Shown in pieces: positions 45,550 to 54,564 of a stretch of DNA of 64,000 bases (positions are counted from its first letter, which is position 1; each line of letters opens with the position of its first letter). A program made the position numbers and the translations under genes. The notes under the pieces are model-generated. The model had not been told where the DNA came from. It worked only from the letters and a program-made list of their open reading frames with translations, and made no database searches. This stretch comes from Dehalococcoidia bacterium. Lineage in GTDB: Bacteria > Chloroflexota > Dehalococcoidia > Lucifugimonadales > Australimonadaceae. The stretch covers positions 2,330,183 through 2,394,182 of the forward strand of contig OZ220673.1 in assembly GCA_965116305.1 (NCBI GenBank). The letters are read 5' to 3'.

Positions 45550-46933
45550 CGCGTCGGGGCTCCTGCCGAACGCGTCCGGTCTGGCGGTAGTCCGGCGCGG
45601 TGATGGGGACCTCCGTCACCATGCGGGCATCGTTGAGGCGCGAGGCGACGGGGTCGGCCGGGCCGGACGGAAGGGTGCGCATGGTGATGACGGTGGGGAG
45701 GCGGGCGTTATGCCGGTGGACGATGATCTGGTAGAGCTTCTCGTCCGCCCAGGACGTGGAACTCTCGGAGCCCAGGTCGTCCATGATGAGCAGCGGCGCC
45801 TGCTTGATGCGGTCGAACAGCTCGTCGTAGGTGACTCGGCTGTCCGGGCTGAAGGTGTAGCGGAGGTGGTCGAGCAGGTCGGGCACGAAGGCGAAGAAGA
45901 CGTCGCCGCCCTGCGCCAGTTGTTGGTTGGCTACGGCGACGGCCAGGTGGGTCTTGCCGCAGCCGGGGCCGCCCACGAGGACGAGCCAGCCGTCCGGCTC
46001 CTCAGCGAAGGCCCGCGAGGCGTAGAGGGCGGCAGCGAGCGTCTCCCTGTCCTCTCTCGTGCGGGCACGGCCCTGGGGTTCGAAGGAGTCGAAGGTCATG
46101 CTGCTGAGCATGGCATGGGGGATGCCGCCGAGGCTCATGGTCCTCGCACCGGTAGCGCCGCCCATGTCGATGACGAGCGCATTCCTCGGATCGGTGAGCT
46201 TGCTCTGGAGGCGTCCGTCCAGCCGCTCGAGGGGAACGGCTGAAGTGAGGATGGTGGGGAGGCCGTTGAGGTAGCGGTAGTTAACGACCTGGAAGAGCTT
46301 CTCCTCGGCCCACGGAGTGCCGTTATGCGCGCCGATGTCGTCCAGGACGAGGACCTCGACGTTCTTGACCTGCTCGAACACCTCGTCGTGAGAGAGTTCC
46401 GCGTCGTCCGCGTAGCCGCCCCGGAGCTGGTCGAGCAGATCGGGCACGAAGGTGAAGAGGACAGGGCGCCCCTGTGTTATCAGGCGGTTGGCGGCAGCGG
46501 CGGCGAGGCAGGTCTTGCCGGTGCCATGACCGCCGGTAAGGAGCAGCGAGCCGTCCGGCGTCTCGGCGAAAGTCCGCGCCGCGCGAAGGGCGGCGTCGTA
46601 GCGAGCGTTGGCTTCGGGCCCGACGCCGGGGCCGCTCGGGGCCAGCGTCTCGAAGGTGACGTTGTGGAGCACGCCGAGGTTGCTGTAGCGCTGCAGGCGG
46701 GCAAGGCGGCCCGTCTCGCTGCGCTGGATCTGGCAGAGGCACGGGAAAGCGCGCCCGAAGTCCGGATGGCCGACAGGCAGGTCACGACGCACCCAGCCCT
46801 GACCTCCGCAGGTCGGGCAGACATCAGCATCAGCGGACTCGGCGTCGAGCTGCTGTACCCACTCAGGAACGGCGGCGACGTTCGAGAAGTTCCGCTGCTG
46901 TAAGCGCCTCAGTATGTCTCCCAGGCTTTCCAC
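45539..46933 (-). CDS. DnaC/DnaI-like helicase loader with two tandem AAA+ modules and an N-terminal Cys4 element
   Basis: C-x2-C-x22-C-x-C element. Module 1: GGHGTGKT / VLVLDDIG. Module 2: GGPGCGKT / LLIMDDLG. Start placed at GTG 46933 (uncertain), overlapping the dnaD-like gene by about 70 nt. Confidence 0.8.
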   Translation of the reverse strand: MESLGDILRRLQQRNFSNVAAVPEWVQQLDAESADADVCPTCGGQGWVRRDLPVGHPDFGRAFPCLCQIQRSETGRLARLQRYSNLGVLHNVTFETLAPSGPGVGPEANARYDAALRAARTFAETPDGSLLLTGGHGTGKTCLAAAAANRLITQGRPVLFTFVPDLLDQLRGGYADDAELSHDEVFEQVKNVEVLVLDDIGAHNGTPWAEEKLFQVVNYRYLNGLPTILTSAVPLERLDGRLQSKLTDPRNALVIDMGGATGARTMSLGGIPHAMLSSMTFDSFEPQGRARTREDRETLAAALYASRAFAEEPDGWLVLVGGPGCGKTHLAVAVANQQLAQGGDVFFAFVPDLLDHLRYTFSPDSRVTYDELFDRIKQAPLLIMDDLGSESSTSWADEKLYQIIVHRHNARLPTVITMRTLPSGPADPVASRLNDARMVTEVPITAPDYRQTGRVRQEPRRDVS

Positions 46934-47516
46934 TCGACCTCGTTCCTCTTCCTTCGCGTTTCCAGCGTTCCAGTATGGCTTCGATGTAGCGCCAACTGCG
47001 GACGTTGCCCGCAGCCGCCTCGCGTATGGCCGCCTCCACCCACCCGGAGGCGTATTCCTCCTCGGCGGCGCGCAACTCGTCGGCGACCATCGGCGCCAGC
47101 ATACCAATGTTCTCTTCGTACAACTGAAAGATGTTGGGGCGTTCGGACGGTTGACCGACCACCGGTTGCGCCGGAGCGGGGCCGAACCGTTCCGCGGCCC
47201 GTTCGTTCTGCGGGGTGCGCAGCAGGAACCAGCCCCCCGCTTCGATGAGCGTGCCGCGCTCGACCGCGAGCGCGATGCCGCGCTCGATCTCGCCCTCGGA
47301 GCCGAGGGCTTCCAGCAGTACCGCGTCCGCTCTGAGAGCGGAGGCCGGAACGCGCTTCGGCGCGCCGCTCTGCTGGGCCTCGTACCAGAGGAAGCGCAGC
47401 GTGCACTTCAGCTCTGCGCAGTCGGCGATGTCGGCCAGGAGCGACGCAAGCAGCGGCGCAGGGACAGGCAGCCGCTTCACCGCAGCGCCGAACCCGGGAA
47501 ACGTCGACCCGGTCAT
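46863..47516 (-). CDS. DnaD-domain replication initiation protein
   Basis: C-terminal DnaD domain NIFQLYEENIGMLAPMVADEL...WVEAAIREAAAGNVRSWRYIEAILERWKREG. Confidence 0.8.
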   Translation of the reverse strand: MTGSTFPGFGAAVKRLPVPAPLLASLLADIADCAELKCTLRFLWYEAQQSGAPKRVPASALRADAVLLEALGSEGEIERGIALAVERGTLIEAGGWFLLRTPQNERAAERFGPAPAQPVVGQPSERPNIFQLYEENIGMLAPMVADELRAAEEEYASGWVEAAIREAAAGNVRSWRYIEAILERWKREGRGTRSSGKPGRHTEALTAAELLERRRRS

Positions 47517-48877
47517 AGGGCCGCCGGTTCGGTCGCCAGGTTCAGGAAGCGCGAATACTTGCCGTCGAAGAAGAGGTGGATGGAGCGCGTGGGGCCATGG
47601 CGGTTCTTGGCGATGACCAGTTGCGCAAGGTTCTCCGGGTACGGGTCAGCCGGGTGGCGCTGCTCCCATTGCTCCGGGCTCATGTACTTGTCATCGCGAT
47701 GGATGAAGGCGACGACGTCGGCGTCCTGCTCGATGCTGCCGGACTCGCGGAGGTCGGAGAGCTGCGGATGGTGGTCGGGGCGCTGCTCGATGGCGCGGGA
47801 GAGCTGGGAGATGGCGATGACCGGCACGTTGAGGTCGCGAGCGATGGCTTTCAACTGGCGGGTGATGTCGCTCAGCTCCTGCACACGGTTCTCGCCCCGG
47901 TTCTCCCTTCCCGAGATGAGCTGGAGGTAGTCGACGATGACGAGGTCGATGCTCCTTCCGGTGTGCAGCCGTCGGAGCTTGGAGCGCATCTCCAGGACGG
48001 TCTGCGCGGGCGAGTCGTCCATGTAGATGGCGAGGTCGGAGAGGGCGCCGATGCCGTGTATGACGCGGGCCTGAGCGGTGTCGCCGAGGAGGCCGATGCG
48101 CAGGAGGTGGCTGTCGACCTCCGCCTCGGCAGAGAGGAGGCGCAGCGCAAGCTGCTCGCGGCTCATCTCCAGGCTGACGACGGCGGCGACAGCACCCTGC
48201 CCCGCCGCGTTGCGGGCGATATTCATCGCGAGGGTCGACTTGCCGAGCGCGGGACGGGCCGCGAGGATGAAGAGGTCGCCGCGCTGCAGGCGTCCAAGGG
48301 CGTTGTCGAGGTCGATGAAGCCGGTGGGGATGGGCGCGACGCCGTGATCGAGCGGCGCGGTATCGGACGCTTCCTCCAGGTACTGGTCCAACACCTCGCG
48401 TATCGTGACGAAGTCGCGCGTGACGTGGGTGTTGCGCACGCGGAAGAGGATGTCCTCCGCACGCTCGAGGGCCTGCTCCGTGTCGGGGGAGTCCTCGTAA
48501 CCGATGGTGGCGATGTCGCCCGCAGCCTGTATGAGCCTGCGCATGGTGGCAGTGCGGTTGACGATGCGGGCGAAGTGCTCCGCGTGGACGGACGTAGGAA
48601 CGGCCGCGATGACGTGGCTGAGGTAGCCGGGGCCGCCGACCTCCTCAAGTCGCTCCCTGAGCGAAAGCTCACGGGCGACGCTGATCTGGTCTATGGGTTC
48701 GCCGCGCTGGTAGAGGGACTGACAGGCCTGGTAGCACCACCGGTTGCGCTCTCGGTAGAAGTCGTCTACGGCAACGAGCGGCGCGATGCGGTTGATCACC
48801 TCCCCGTCTATGAGGAGGGAGCCAATGACCGCTTCTTCCGCTTCCGCATCATGTGGTGGAAGCTTCTCCGCATACAT
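47513..48877 (-). CDS. dnaB: replicative DNA helicase
   Basis: PPHDAEAEEAVIGSLL N-terminus, Walker A ARPALGKST, Walker B VIVDYLQL and RELKAIARDLNVPVIAISQLSR-type motifs. Confidence 0.95.
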   Translation of the reverse strand: MYAEKLPPHDAEAEEAVIGSLLIDGEVINRIAPLVAVDDFYRERNRWCYQACQSLYQRGEPIDQISVARELSLRERLEEVGGPGYLSHVIAAVPTSVHAEHFARIVNRTATMRRLIQAAGDIATIGYEDSPDTEQALERAEDILFRVRNTHVTRDFVTIREVLDQYLEEASDTAPLDHGVAPIPTGFIDLDNALGRLQRGDLFILAARPALGKSTLAMNIARNAAGQGAVAAVVSLEMSREQLALRLLSAEAEVDSHLLRIGLLGDTAQARVIHGIGALSDLAIYMDDSPAQTVLEMRSKLRRLHTGRSIDLVIVDYLQLISGRENRGENRVQELSDITRQLKAIARDLNVPVIAISQLSRAIEQRPDHHPQLSDLRESGSIEQDADVVAFIHRDDKYMSPEQWEQRHPADPYPENLAQLVIAKNRHGPTRSIHLFFDGKYSRFLNLATEPAAL

Positions 48878-48889
48878 CCTGCCTCGTTC

Positions 48890-49504
48890 CTACGGCTCCT
48901 CTTCTTCTCCGGTTATGCCGTCCCCGGGCTCATCTTCGTCTTCGTCGTAGTCGTCGTCGGGGGACTGGTCGTCGTCTTCGTACTCTTCGTAGGAACTCTC
49001 ATCGGACGCGGGCGCGTCGTCCTCGGATTCGGCGTCGGAGGCCTGGGCAGCCTCGTAGCCTTCGGGAACGACCGAGACGGTCACCTCGGCGGTGACCTCG
49101 CGGTAGAGGCGGATGTTGACGGGGTAGTCGCCGGGTTCGTGGATGGCAGCGCCGAGGAGCACCTGCCGGTGGTCGATCGTGCGCCCGGTGGCAGCAGAGA
49201 GCCGGTCGGCGATGTGGCGTCCGGTGACGGAGCCGAAGAGGCGTCCGTTCGGGCCCACGCGCACCTCGACGGGCACTTCCATGCCCTGGATCAGCGCGGC
49301 GACCTGCCCCCACTCCTCGGAGTACTGGAGGCGCTTCTGCTTTGCCGCGGCTTCGATGGCGCGTATGCGCTGCAACTGTCCGGGGGTCGCCGGAGCGGCG
49401 AGCCCACGGGGCAGCAGGTAGTTGCGGGCGAACCCGTTCTTCACGTCTTTGACCTCGCCTGCATCAGCGGCGCCGGCCACGTCTTCGAGAAAGATGACCT
49501 TCAT
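48890..49504 (-). CDS. rplI: 50S ribosomal protein L9 with a long acidic C-terminal extension
   Basis: MKVIFLEDVAGAADAGEVKDVKNGFARNYLLPRGLA is a canonical L9 N-domain. ATG at 49504. The last 55 or so residues are mostly D/E/S/Y. Confidence 0.9.
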   Translation of the reverse strand: MKVIFLEDVAGAADAGEVKDVKNGFARNYLLPRGLAAPATPGQLQRIRAIEAAAKQKRLQYSEEWGQVAALIQGMEVPVEVRVGPNGRLFGSVTGRHIADRLSAATGRTIDHRQVLLGAAIHEPGDYPVNIRLYREVTAEVTVSVVPEGYEAAQASDAESEDDAPASDESSYEEYEDDDQSPDDDYDEDEDEPGDGITGEEEEP

Positions 49505-50053
49505 CTCGCTATCCCTCGCACTGTTGGGGTATGAACAAACATCATACCACCGGACAGGCTTTTCCCCCGCACGCTCACCGCGCAAGGGGCTACCGTTCAG
49601 TCTCCGGCGGGCGGGCTGTGCCGAGCGCAGGGAGCGCACCCGCAAAGATTTTCATCGAAAAACCGGCTCATTTCGGCTCATCCGACAGGATTCACTCGTA
49701 AAGAAGGCGTCCGGCGTGAGCCTCCGGGGGATTCAGACGGCTCGTTCTGACGCGAAATATGAGCCCTTATGAGCCTTTTTGAGCCTGCCTCCTCTCTGTC
49801 CGGCCGTGGCCCCGCAGCAAGGGGTCCCCGATCGACAACACCATGGTACGCAAGCGAAGCGCGACCCCGAAAGGGGCGCGTGTCACCACGCGAGAGGGCG
49901 CTGACGATGCAGAGGGCAATGGCCTGACGCCACCATCTGCGCCGCGCGGATTGTGACACGGCAGGCCGGACAGCCCCACGCGCAGAGTCCATCGAATTTT
50001 GGCGAAGCCTCCGCTTGCGTCCGGCGGACGTTGGGTGCTAGGCGCACCCAGTT

Positions 50054-50261
50054 CACCCCCATCCCCGCATCAAGTGCGAGGCAGGCTCTAACCTTCCCCA
50101 TCAAGGGGGAAGGGATCAGGCCTGCCGAGAGGATGTGGCGCGCTAAAGCGCGGGACTGCGCTTCAGGCTGCGCCTTCAGCTCCGCTCAACATGACATTGC
50201 TGGGGGGCGCTGCGCGCCAACCCTCACCCCAGCCCCTCTCCCAGAGGGCGAGGGGAGCAGG
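50054..50261. repeat. nest of three different hairpin repeat families downstream of purL
   Basis: Family 2 at 50054-50120 (CCTTCCCC-ATCAA-GGGGGAAGG). Family 1 variant at 50124-50195 (...GCTCAACATGAC). Family 3 at 50221-50261 (CCCCTCTCCC-AGA-GGGCGAGGGG). Confidence 0.8.
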
Positions 50262-50267
50262 CGATCC

Positions 50268-52478
50268 TTAGACGTTCAGCGCGCGCTCGAGGCCGCCGAA
50301 GAAGGCGTCGGCGAGGTCTGCGAGCGGCTCGTCCAAGAGGAGGCCGGGGATGGTGAACCGTGCTCCGCCGGTAGCGCCCAGCCTGGCGCAGGGAACGCCC
50401 GCTTCCCGGGCGGCGGCCTCGACGCGTTCGGCGTCCGCTGCCGAGCAAGTGACGACGGCACGCGAGGGCGTTTCGCCGAAGAGGGCGGCGTCCCAGCGGC
50501 CCTCCGGCACGCTGCCCGCTCCGGTGAAGCCGACGCCGCCGAGCACGGCGCTCTCGGCCAGCGCGACGGCGAGTCCGCCATCCGAGCAGTCGTGGGCGGA
50601 GGAGAGCAGACGCTCACGCGCGAGGTCGACGAGGAGCCGCTGCAGACGGGCCTCGGCGTCGAGGTCGATGGCAGGCTTGCCCGCGACGGTGTCGTGTTCG
50701 AGCGCGAGGTATTCGCTGCCGGCGAGCGCGCCGTCGTCTGCGGGCGACGCGCCGAGCAGGAGGACGGCATCGCCGTCGTTGGCGAACGCGGCGCCGAGCG
50801 CGTTGCGCGCATCGTCGAGCAGGCCGACAGCCCCGACGACGGGCGTGGGGTAGACGGCCTCGCCCTGCGTCTCGTTGTAGAGCGAGACGTTGCCGCTCAC
50901 GACGGGGACGCCGAGGGCGCGGCAGGCATCGGCCATGCCCCGGATACACTCCTCCAACTGGTAGTAGACCTCCGGTTTCTGCGGGTTGCCGAAGTTGAGG
51001 CAGTCGGTAACGGCCAGCGGCGTCGCCCCGGATGCGGCGACGTTGCGGCAGGCCTCGGCGACGGCCATCGCTCCGCCGGTGTAGGGGTCGAGCCAGGCGG
51101 TGCGTCCGTTCCCGTCGACGGCCAGGGCGAGCGCTTTCGGAATCTCCCGCAGGCGGAGCACGGCGGCGTCGCCAGCGCCGGGCTTGACCATCGTGCGGGT
51201 CTGCACCTCGTGGTCGTAGCGGCGATAGACGGCGCGCTTGCTCGCGATGTTGGGGGACGCGAGCAGGTCTCGAAGGATGCGGCCCGCCTCGCCGGGGGCG
51301 GGGGCGGGGGGCATCGGCGCGGCGTGCAGGGCGTCGAGGTACGCAGGGCGCGTTCCGCCGGGGCGGTACTGGGGCGCCTCGACGAGCGTCGCTATGTTGA
51401 CCTCGGCTGCGAGCTCGGGGCCGTCGTAGACGCGCGCCACACCGTCGCCAGTGACGGCGCCGATAGCGGTGAGCGGCACGTCCCACCGGTCGAAGATGCG
51501 CCGGACGGCGTCCTCGTTCTCCGGTTTGACGATGAGCAGCATCCGCTCCTGGGACTCGGAGAGCATCACCTCGTACGGAGTCATGCCGTCCTCGCGGCGG
51601 GGGACGCGGGCGACGTCGATCTCGACGCCCGTGCCGCCCCTCGCGGCGCACTCCATCACCGAACTGGTCAGCCCCGCCGCGCCGAGGTCCTGCATGCCAT
51701 CCAGCAGGCCGCTCGCTGCGGCTTCGAGGCAGGCCTCGATCAGCACCTTCTCCAGGAAGGGGTCACCGACCTGCACGGTCGGGCGCATCTCGCGCTCCTC
51801 CTCGAAGGTCCGAGAGGCGAGGCCGGACGCGCCGTGGATGCCGTCCCTGCCGGTGGCGGAGCCCGCGAGCAGGAAGAGGGAGCCGGGATTCGCCGCGGCG
51901 GCGCGCATGAGCGCTCCGTGCGGGAGCAGGCCGACGCACATGGCGTTGACGAGAGGGTTGCCGCTGTAGGTGGGGGCGAACATCGTCTCGCCGCCCACGT
52001 CGGGCACGCCGATGCAGTTGCCGTAGCCGGAGATGCCGGCGACGACGCCCTGGAAGAGGTAGCGGTTGCGCGCGCTGTCCAGCGGACCGAACCGGAGCGA
52101 GTTCAGGAGGGCGATAGGGCGTGCCCCCATCGCGAGGATGTCGCGGACGATGCCGCCGACGCCCGTCGCGGCGCCCTGGTAGGGCTCGACGGCGGAAGGG
52201 TGATTGTGCGACTCGATCTTGAAGACGACGGCGAGCCCGCCCCCGATGTCGACGACGCCCGCGTTCTCCTCGCCAGCCTGCACGCGCACGGCCTCGCCGG
52301 TGGTGGGGAAGCCGCGCAGGAGCGGCTTCGAGTGCTTGTAGCCGCAGTGCTCGCTCCAGAGCGCGCCGAACAGCCCCAGTTCGACGCCGTTGGGCTCGCG
52401 CTCGATCCTGCCGACGATGAGGTCGTACTCCTCGCGGGTGAGGGCGATCTCGTCCAGCGTTTCCTGTGAGACGGGCAT
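50268..52478 (-). CDS. purL: phosphoribosylformylglycinamidine synthase subunit PurL
   Basis: 736 aa from ATG 52478 (MPVSQETLDEIALTREEYDLIVGRIEREPNGVELGLFGALWSEHCGYKHSK). The 905-aa track ORF extension overlaps the EamA genes. Confidence 0.95.
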   Translation of the reverse strand: MPVSQETLDEIALTREEYDLIVGRIEREPNGVELGLFGALWSEHCGYKHSKPLLRGFPTTGEAVRVQAGEENAGVVDIGGGLAVVFKIESHNHPSAVEPYQGAATGVGGIVRDILAMGARPIALLNSLRFGPLDSARNRYLFQGVVAGISGYGNCIGVPDVGGETMFAPTYSGNPLVNAMCVGLLPHGALMRAAAANPGSLFLLAGSATGRDGIHGASGLASRTFEEEREMRPTVQVGDPFLEKVLIEACLEAAASGLLDGMQDLGAAGLTSSVMECAARGGTGVEIDVARVPRREDGMTPYEVMLSESQERMLLIVKPENEDAVRRIFDRWDVPLTAIGAVTGDGVARVYDGPELAAEVNIATLVEAPQYRPGGTRPAYLDALHAAPMPPAPAPGEAGRILRDLLASPNIASKRAVYRRYDHEVQTRTMVKPGAGDAAVLRLREIPKALALAVDGNGRTAWLDPYTGGAMAVAEACRNVAASGATPLAVTDCLNFGNPQKPEVYYQLEECIRGMADACRALGVPVVSGNVSLYNETQGEAVYPTPVVGAVGLLDDARNALGAAFANDGDAVLLLGASPADDGALAGSEYLALEHDTVAGKPAIDLDAEARLQRLLVDLARERLLSSAHDCSDGGLAVALAESAVLGGVGFTGAGSVPEGRWDAALFGETPSRAVVTCSAADAERVEAAAREAGVPCARLGATGGARFTIPGLLLDEPLADLADAFFGGLERALNV

Positions 52479-52942
52479 CAGTTGGCGACTCCTATGAGAC
52501 CTACTCCGGCAACCACGAGCGTCGCGCCGACCACTACCCGCGGCGTCAGGCGCTCGTAGCCGCGCAGCAGGACGAGCACGAACAGGTACGAGGCAAGCGG
52601 CACGGCCCCGGTGATGGGGGCGGCAACGCTGTAGTCTAACCGAGCGAGCGCCGTGTAGAAGCTGCCGGTTGCCAGCGCAAAGAGGACGCCTGCCCCGAGC
52701 ATCCATCCCAACCCGGATGCACCAGGGGAGCGGCCCGAACGCAGCCCCCGCAGCCTGATCGCCAGGGTGAACGTGAGACCGAACAGCGCCTCGTAGAACG
52801 CGACAACCCTGGGAGAGGCGCCTCCGTCCACGAGGTGGTTCGCCAGCAGGCCGCCCGTGACGAACGAGAGCATCGCGAGCACTGCGAACACGAGGCCGAT
52901 GGTGATGCGGCGGGTGTCCGCGTTCCCGGCCATGGCGCTCAC
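52478..52942 (-). CDS. single-EamA-domain (half-size DMT) membrane protein
   Basis: 154 aa with about 5 TM segments. Stop overlaps the purL ATG and start overlaps the upstream half-gene (ATGA). Confidence 0.7.
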   Translation of the reverse strand: MSAMAGNADTRRITIGLVFAVLAMLSFVTGGLLANHLVDGGASPRVVAFYEALFGLTFTLAIRLRGLRSGRSPGASGLGWMLGAGVLFALATGSFYTALARLDYSVAAPITGAVPLASYLFVLVLLRGYERLTPRVVVGATLVVAGVGLIGVAN

Positions 52943-53382
52943 CGCAGCACCCGGTTGCGGTCCGTGAGGATGACGCCGATCCCAATCACGACTGCGAACG
53001 CACCTCCCACGGTCGCCAGATTCGGGCGCTCCCCCGCGAAGACGACGGCGAGCGCGATGGCGAAGAGCGGCCCCGCCCCCAGGATGGGCGCGGCGAGGGT
53101 GACGCCTGCCCGCCTCATCCCGTGGAAGTAGAAGAGGTTGCCCGTCACCCAGACGAGCGCTCCCATCACCGCCACGATGCCCACGAACGCCGGATCGACG
53201 ACGCCGAACGCAGCAAGCCCCTCGGTCGAGACGATCACGACACCCAGCACTACCGCCACCATCCCCACCACGACGACGACCACGAGCTCAGCAGGTACGG
53301 TGAACATCGCCCGGCGCACGAATACGTCGCCCGCGCCCCATGCCAGCGTGGCCACGATGGCGAGCAGGATCCCGAGGCCCAT
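52939..53382 (-). CDS. single-EamA-domain (half-size DMT) membrane protein
   Basis: 147 aa with about 5 TM segments ([19 protein letters not shown]...). Starts immediately after the purQ stop. Confidence 0.7.
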   Translation of the reverse strand: MGLGILLAIVATLAWGAGDVFVRRAMFTVPAELVVVVVVGMVAVVLGVVIVSTEGLAAFGVVDPAFVGIVAVMGALVWVTGNLFYFHGMRRAGVTLAAPILGAGPLFAIALAVVFAGERPNLATVGGAFAVVIGIGVILTDRNRVLR

Positions 53383-54105
53383 CTACGCGCTTACGCTCCG
53401 GGCCCGCTCGTGGAGCGCTTCGTCGATCGAGCGCAGGATGCGGAGGCCGTCCGTGCCGCCCAGCGCCTCTTCCACAACCCGCTCTGGGTGCGGCATGAGC
53501 CCGAGCACGTTGCCGGCCTCGTTCGTGACGCCCGCGATGTTGTCGAGCGAACCGTTCGGGTTGGCCTCGGGCGTCACGGCCCCGGCTTCGTCGCAGTAGC
53601 GGAACGCGATCTGGCCGTTCGCCTCCATGCGGGCGAGGGTTTCGGCGTCGGCGTAGTAGTTGCCGTCGCCGTGGGAGACGGGGATCGCGAGCATGTCGCC
53701 CTCGCGCATGAGGGAGGTGAACGGAGCGGCGGCGCGCTCCACCAGTAGGTGCTGCGGCTGGCAGCGGAACTCCAGGCTGGCGTTGCGCATGAGCGCGCCG
53801 GGGAGCAGGCCGGACTCGCAGAGCACCTGGAAGCCGTTGCAGCTGCCGATGACGGGGCCTCCCGCTTCGGCGAAGTCGGTGAGGGCTCGCATCACGGGGG
53901 AGAAGCGGGCGATGGCGCCGGGACGGAGGTAGTCGCCGTAGGAGAAGCCGCCGGGGACGACGAGACAGTCGAACCGCGAAACGTCGGTCTCCTTGTGGAA
54001 GACGTACTCCGCCTGCGCACCGAGAACGCCCTCGATGGCGTCGCGCCAGTCGGTATCGGACCAGGTGCCGGGGAAGACGATGACACCGTAGGAAGCGGTC
54101 ATCAC
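53383..54105 (-). CDS. purQ: phosphoribosylformylglycinamidine synthase subunit PurQ (glutaminase)
   Basis: Class I amidotransferase with catalytic GSCNGFQ and MPHPER motifs. Confidence 0.93.
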   Translation of the reverse strand: MMTASYGVIVFPGTWSDTDWRDAIEGVLGAQAEYVFHKETDVSRFDCLVVPGGFSYGDYLRPGAIARFSPVMRALTDFAEAGGPVIGSCNGFQVLCESGLLPGALMRNASLEFRCQPQHLLVERAAAPFTSLMREGDMLAIPVSHGDGNYYADAETLARMEANGQIAFRYCDEAGAVTPEANPNGSLDNIAGVTNEAGNVLGLMPHPERVVEEALGGTDGLRILRSIDEALHERARSVSA

Positions 54106-54554
54106 GCCCCCTGCCCGAGCAGTTCGCCGACGATGCGGTTGACCGCGCTGCCGTCGGCGCGGCCCTTGAGCTGGGGCATGAGCCTGCCCATCACCTTGCC
54201 CCTGTCGCCGGGGCCGGAAGCGCCCAACTCGGCGACGACCTGCTGCGCGAGCGCGCGTATCTCGTCCTCGCCCATCTGCTCCGGCAGGTAGCGGGAGACG
54301 ACGGCCAGCTCAGCCTCCTCCTGCGAAGCGAGGTCCTCGCGCCCGTGCTGGCGGTAGGCGGCGATGCTGTCGCGGTGCTGCTTCGCCATGCGCGAGAGCA
54401 CGTCCAGCGCAGCCGCGTCGTCGAGTTCGCCGCCCTTCTCGATCTCGGCGTTCTTGACGGCGGCGCGGATCAGGCGTATCGCGCCCTTCGTCACCTCGTC
54501 CTGCGCCTTCATGGCGGTCTTGAGGTCTTCAGCAAGTTGCTCCGTGATGGACAT
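54102..54554 (-). CDS. GatB/YqeY domain protein
   Basis: MSITEQLAEDLKTAMKAQDEVTKGAIRLIRAAVKNAEIEK... is a typical YqeY sequence, 150 aa. Confidence 0.85.
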   Translation of the reverse strand: MSITEQLAEDLKTAMKAQDEVTKGAIRLIRAAVKNAEIEKGGELDDAAALDVLSRMAKQHRDSIAAYRQHGREDLASQEEAELAVVSRYLPEQMGEDEIRALAQQVVAELGASGPGDRGKVMGRLMPQLKGRADGSAVNRIVGELLGQGA

Positions 54555-54564
54555 GTCGCCAGTC

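Noticed and set aside
49953-52469. 838-aa plus-strand ORF
   Set aside because: It is antisense to purL and runs across the hairpin-repeat nest, with low-complexity composition.
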